This document shows, piece after piece, positions 59,709 through 64,000 of a stretch of DNA of 64,000 nt (position 1 is its first letter; every line of letters begins with the position of its first letter). The position numbers and the translations under genes are program-made. The notes beneath the pieces were generated by a model, which ran no database searches, was not told where the DNA came from, and saw only the letters and a program-made list of their open reading frames with translations. Source of the DNA: an uncultured Spirochaetaceae bacterium (GTDB taxonomy: Bacteria > Spirochaetota > Spirochaetia > Sphaerochaetales > Sphaerochaetaceae); contig CAYZJV010000008.1 of the NCBI GenBank assembly GCA_964478945.1, forward strand, positions 2,823 through 66,822, given 5' to 3'.

Positions 59709-61460
59709 ATGGCGCAAAAGAAGGAAGAAGTGAACGAGAAGTTGGCAAAAGTGAGACACTCGATGTCCCACGTGATGGCCGAAGCCGTATTGCAAATGTT
59801 CCCATCGGCACAGATTGCGATCGGTCCTGCGATAGACAATGGATTCTATTACGATTTCGATTTGCCGAGAGCCCTCACTTCGGAGGATTTGGATGAAATC
59901 ACCAAGAGGATGAAGACGATCATCCAGGAGGACAAGGAATTCAAGAGGATCGTTGTCTCAAGGGACGAAGCGAAGAGGATGTTTTCCGAACAGGTGTACA
60001 AGCAGGAGCTCATAGATGCGATTCCCGCCGATGAGGAGGTATCCCTTTACAATCAGGGTGGATTCACCGATCTTTGTCGTGGTCCGCATGTCGCTTCCAC
60101 CAAAGAGTTGAATCCCGATTCCTTCAAATTGCTGAGCACTGCGGGTGCCTACTGGAGAGGCAAGGAGACCAATCCCATGCTCACCAGGATATATGCCACC
60201 GCATGGACAAACCCGAAGGATTTGCGCCTCTACCTGCAGAAGTTGGAAGAGATCGAGAAGCGGGACCATCGCAAGTTGGGAAAGGAGCTCGATCTGTTCA
60301 GTTTCCACGAAGAGGCGGGGCCGGGATTGGTGTACTGGCATCCTAGGGGCGCCAGGATCAGGATGGCGATTGAGGATTTCTGGAAACAGCAGCATTATGC
60401 CAATGGCTATGAGATGGTCTATACCCCCCATGTGGGAAAGGCTTGGTTGTGGGAGACTTCGGGACATCTGGGGTTCTACAAGGAGAGCATGTACTCTCCG
60501 ATGGAGATGGATAAGGCCGACTATTATACCAAACCGATGAACTGTCCCTTCCATATCATGATCTACAAGAATTCGAAGCATTCGTATCGGGAGCTTCCGT
60601 TCCGTTGGGCGGAATTGGGAACCGTGTATCGTTATGAGAAGGCCGGAGCCCTACATGGATTGCTGAGGGTAAGGGGGTTCACACAGGATGATGCACATAT
60701 CTTCTGTACTCCCGAGCAGATGGATTCCGAAATCAGGGAGGTGTTGCGTTTCTCACTTTTCATGCTCCGTTCATTCGGTTTCAAGGATATCGAAGCATAT
60801 TTGTCGACCCGTCCCGAAAAGAGTGTCGGTGAACCCGAGAGATGGGATGCGGCAATCGAATCTCTTCGTAAAGCCATCGAAGAAGAGGGTCTCGATTATG
60901 GTGTGGATGAAGGTGGTGGTGCCTTCTACGGTCCCAAGATCGACCTTAAGATCAAGGATGCGATCGGTCGTGAATGGCAATTGTCGACCGTTCAGTTCGA
61001 TTTCAATGAACCGGAACGGTTCGATATGACTTTCGTCGATTCGGATGGTGTTGAGAAGAGACCATATATGATCCATCGTGCGTTGCTGGGATCCATTGAA
61101 AGATTCTTCGGTGTGCTGTTGGAACACTTCGCAGGTGCGTTCCCCCTCTGGCTGGCTCCAGAACAGGTCTGTGTGATTCCTGTCTCGGAAATCTTCAATG
61201 GGTATGCCCGGGAGGTCTCGACTGTGCTCAAGGCCCAAGGTGTCAGGGTGTATGTGGATGATGGGGATGATAGGATGAATGCAAAGATCCGCAATGCACA
61301 GAAGATGAAGGTTCCCCACATGTTGGTGCTTGGGGAGAGGGAACAAGAGGCTCGAGAAGTTTCGGTGAGATATCGCGACGGCAAGCAGGAGAACGGAGTC
61401 GCTCTCGATTCGTATGTCGCCTCTCTTCACGAACGGATCGCCTCGAAGCAGACATTGTAG
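59709..61460 (+). CDS. thrS: Threonine--tRNA ligase (short form, no N-terminal TGS domain)
   Basis: RHSMSHVMA, DLCRGPH, RDHRKLG, KPMNCP.H, AFYGPKID, IHRA..GS.ERF. Confidence 0.98.
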   Translation: MAQKKEEVNEKLAKVRHSMSHVMAEAVLQMFPSAQIAIGPAIDNGFYYDFDLPRALTSEDLDEITKRMKTIIQEDKEFKRIVVSRDEAKRMFSEQVYKQELIDAIPADEEVSLYNQGGFTDLCRGPHVASTKELNPDSFKLLSTAGAYWRGKETNPMLTRIYATAWTNPKDLRLYLQKLEEIEKRDHRKLGKELDLFSFHEEAGPGLVYWHPRGARIRMAIEDFWKQQHYANGYEMVYTPHVGKAWLWETSGHLGFYKESMYSPMEMDKADYYTKPMNCPFHIMIYKNSKHSYRELPFRWAELGTVYRYEKAGALHGLLRVRGFTQDDAHIFCTPEQMDSEIREVLRFSLFMLRSFGFKDIEAYLSTRPEKSVGEPERWDAAIESLRKAIEEEGLDYGVDEGGGAFYGPKIDLKIKDAIGREWQLSTVQFDFNEPERFDMTFVDSDGVEKRPYMIHRALLGSIERFFGVLLEHFAGAFPLWLAPEQVCVIPVSEIFNGYAREVSTVLKAQGVRVYVDDGDDRMNAKIRNAQKMKVPHMLVLGEREQEAREVSVRYRDGKQENGVALDSYVASLHERIASKQTL

Positions 61461-61478
61461 GTACTACCGGAGGTTGAT

Positions 61479-62993
61479 ATGCAAAAGGATGCGGCGCTCA
61501 AGCGTTTGAGGGAAATAGATGGGGAAGTCGTTCTTTTGACCCATATCAATGGTGTATTGGTATGGGATCAGGAGATGGTGCCTCCCGCAGGCAATGGCGA
61601 ACGTGCCCAGCAGATGGGATTGTTGGAACGCAAGGTGTTCGAATTGACCACTTCGGATGAGATGGGAGAGATCCTGTCGGCCTTGGGTGCTTCCGAAAAG
61701 GAGGAGGATGGAGAGCTCTCGTTCGATGATCCCACGAAAGGAATCATACGCAATTATTGGCGTGTCTGGAACCGTGAGCGTCGTCTTGACGCCGATTTCG
61801 TACAACGATTCACCGAATTGACCGGAAATGCCCATCATGTCTGGGCCCAGGCCCGATCCGAGAACGATTTTTCACTCTATTCCGATACCCTCTCTTCGAT
61901 CATCTCCATGGTCAAGGAGAAGGCACAACGGTTTGGGTATGCCGACGATCCCTATGATGCCCTGCTCGATGTGTTCGAGCCGGGCACCACCACAGCTGAG
62001 GTCGAAGCGGTATTCGCCGAGATGAAGGATCACATCCTTGCGGTCCTCGATCATGTGGGGGATACATCCAAGGCGGTGGACGATACGTTCCTTTTCAGTA
62101 GCTATGCCACGGACAAACAGGCTGCATTCGCCAAGGATGTCCTCGATAGCATGGGGTATGATTGGAACCGGGGTGCTTCGGGTATTGCGACACATCCCTA
62201 TACCATCAGCCTTGGTGCCGACGATATCAGGATCACCACCCGGTATTCTGAGCCGAGTGTGACCAGTCCCCTGTTTTCGAGTATCCATGAGGCAGGGCAT
62301 GCACTGTACGAATTGGGTGCTTCGAATGAGGTGACCCGTGGTACTTGTTTGGCGAATGGGGCTTCGTTCGCGTTCCATGAGAGCCAAAGCCGGTTATGGG
62401 AGAATATGATCGGTAGAAGCAAGGCCTTTTGGAAACGGTTCTATCCCCGTTTCAAGGATCTGTTTCCGATTCAGTTGGATGGGGTCGATCTGGATGCCTT
62501 CGTTGCGGCATTGAATGTTGTGAAGCCGAGTTGCATCAGGGTGGATGCCGATGAGGTGACCTACGGTTTGCATATCATTCTCCGTTTCGAGTTGGAGCGA
62601 AAACTCTTGTCCGGTGAACTTGCGGTGGCGGACCTTCCCGATGCGTGGAACAGTTCGATGGAAAGGCTGCTTGGGATTCGGCCGAAGGGAGACCGCGATG
62701 GGGTACTGCAGGATGTCCATTGGTCGATGGGGGAGTTGGGCTATTTCCCCACGTATGCACTTGGCAATCTTTATGGGGCCCAGATTCTCGACAGCATGCG
62801 CAAGGATCTGGATGTCGAGGGTGCGATCGAGGAAGGGGAATTCTCATTGATCCGGACTTGGCTTGATGAGAAGATTCTTCGTCATGGTTCGATCTACAAG
62901 CCGAAGGATCTATTGTTGAAGGTCACCGGATCGACGCTGGATGCGGGGTATTTCAACTCCTACCTGACAAAAAAATATATTGGAGGGAATTGA
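61479..62993 (+). CDS. M32 carboxypeptidase (carboxypeptidase Taq family)
   Basis: HPY, DIRITTRY, HEAGHALYE, HESQS, IRVDADE, QDVHW, YFPTY. Confidence 0.95.
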   Translation: MQKDAALKRLREIDGEVVLLTHINGVLVWDQEMVPPAGNGERAQQMGLLERKVFELTTSDEMGEILSALGASEKEEDGELSFDDPTKGIIRNYWRVWNRERRLDADFVQRFTELTGNAHHVWAQARSENDFSLYSDTLSSIISMVKEKAQRFGYADDPYDALLDVFEPGTTTAEVEAVFAEMKDHILAVLDHVGDTSKAVDDTFLFSSYATDKQAAFAKDVLDSMGYDWNRGASGIATHPYTISLGADDIRITTRYSEPSVTSPLFSSIHEAGHALYELGASNEVTRGTCLANGASFAFHESQSRLWENMIGRSKAFWKRFYPRFKDLFPIQLDGVDLDAFVAALNVVKPSCIRVDADEVTYGLHIILRFELERKLLSGELAVADLPDAWNSSMERLLGIRPKGDRDGVLQDVHWSMGELGYFPTYALGNLYGAQILDSMRKDLDVEGAIEEGEFSLIRTWLDEKILRHGSIYKPKDLLLKVTGSTLDAGYFNSYLTKKYIGGN

Positions 62994-62994
62994 G

Positions 62995-63591
62995 ATGAAT
63001 CTACCCAACAAATTGACCATCAGCCGCTTGGTGATGGCACCGTTGTTCTTCATAGTGTTTTTTCTGCCTGTGTGGTTTGGTAAATCCCTCAATTCCGTTT
63101 CCGCAATCCTCCTTCTGGTGTTGTATGTGTGTACTGAGTTGTCGGATCTTCTGGATGGAATCATCGCCAGGAAACGGAATCTGGTTACCGATCTGGGTAA
63201 GGTGATGGACCCTTTCGCCGATACGTTGAGTAGGTTGACCTATTTCGTCTGTCTGCTTGGTGTACAGGTGATGCCTCTCTGGGCGTTTGTCATCATCATG
63301 TGGCGGGAATTTTCGATCGTGTTCCTCAGGATGCTCATGATGGGTACGGGAAAAGCGGTGGCTGCGAATATTTGGGGGAAAACGAAAGCGGTGATGTATG
63401 CGGTCTCCGGTTTGGGAGGAATCGTATATGTTTCGGTCGCCAGATTGATGGAGAATCATGACTGGATGATTTGGGCTGAACCGATTCTTCTTGTGTTGTT
63501 CGCTCTTTCGGCACTTGCTTCATTGGCTTCCTTCATCACCTATATGCACTCCATTTTCAAAAGTGGAGCACTTTCACATATGACCCGATAA
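62995..63591 (+). CDS. pgsA: CDP-diacylglycerol--glycerol-3-phosphate 3-phosphatidyltransferase
   Basis: MNLPNKLT..R and DLLDGIIARK..VTDLGKVMDPFAD. Confidence 0.93.
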   Translation: MNLPNKLTISRLVMAPLFFIVFFLPVWFGKSLNSVSAILLLVLYVCTELSDLLDGIIARKRNLVTDLGKVMDPFADTLSRLTYFVCLLGVQVMPLWAFVIIMWREFSIVFLRMLMMGTGKAVAANIWGKTKAVMYAVSGLGGIVYVSVARLMENHDWMIWAEPILLVLFALSALASLASFITYMHSIFKSGALSHMTR

Positions 63592-63771
63592 GCATGGGAT
63601 TGTCGAATTTGCAAGTTTTTTTTAATTTTTTCGCCAACCCCCTAGACGAGTTTCGTATAAACGGGTAGTATCCACCTCGTTGCTCAGGGGAAACGGTTCG
63701 CGGTTCCGACAAGGGATTCGAGAGTTTTCGCCGGTAGCGGATGGAAAATCGAAAATAGTGGAAATTGAGTA

Positions 63772-63862
63772 TTGACACTTGGATTTGAAATCTGTTATAA
63801 AGGTCGAGCGCTTCAAGGACAACTCCTTGGAACGTGAGCCTGAGAGGCTGGTTTTTTGACAG
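63772..63862 (+). promoter_or_regulatory. Strong sigma70 promoter with boxA-like element; probable rRNA-operon leader
   Basis: TTGACA(63772)-18-TATAAA with extended TG, GC-rich discriminator, small AGCC/GGCT hairpin, then GGTTTTTTGACA; no ORF follows. The rRNA itself is not in the window. Confidence 0.5.
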
Positions 63863-64000
63863 AGATATGAGAGAAGAGAAGGAAGGATATGCATGAGGAC
63901 GATTACCTGAAAAGGTTGTTGGTCCGAATGCGGAACAACGAAAGTTGTTCAGGAAGTGTAAGGGCTTCCAAGTCAATTCACGAACGAAAGTGAAAAGCTA

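Noticed and set aside
59344-59811. 155-aa minus-strand ORF over the thrS leader
   Set aside because: The region is explained by the T-box RNA on the plus strand.

Overview
Mostly core chromosome of an anaerobic bacterium, most likely a free-living Spirochaetota (Sphaerochaetaceae-like). This assignment is inferred from groEL without groES, a long SecF, a 'group X'-type Pfk and the style of the ABC solute-binding protein. Left to right: a WYL/HTH regulator running off the left edge; slyX; thioesterase-rsmD-recG-yggT-dnaE; a three-gene xanthine-dehydrogenase-like cluster whose large subunit has lost its molybdenum-cofactor and catalytic motifs; ligA-aminotransferase-ModE-like HTH-pfk; a 1.1-kb AT-rich spacer holding a candidate ~120-nt sRNA with two anti-Shine-Dalgarno motifs; an acidic repeat lipoprotein; a ~15-kb peptide-utilisation locus (Opp ABC, two M20 and three M24 peptidases, two PLP enzymes, RidA, YheO-type regulator); pgi-argR; lemA-DUF2207; an RRM protein; phytol-kinase-like/DUF92/glycerate kinase; a TlpA/small-CxxC/polyferredoxin trio; an EamA transporter; groEL; yajC-secD-secF; ispH-nagD-rex; an hfs-type [FeFe]-hydrogenase sensing cluster; msrC; a Thr T-box riboswitch ahead of thrS; an M32 carboxypeptidase; pgsA; and a probable rRNA-operon promoter/leader at the right edge. 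I saw no CRISPR array, tRNA, integrase or IS element. Best leads: the anti-SD sRNA, the apparently Mo-less XDH-like complex, a T-box in a spirochaete-like genome, several probable leaderless mRNAs, and a WYL protein with a degenerate ligand motif. All family calls come from motif recognition by eye, not from database searches.
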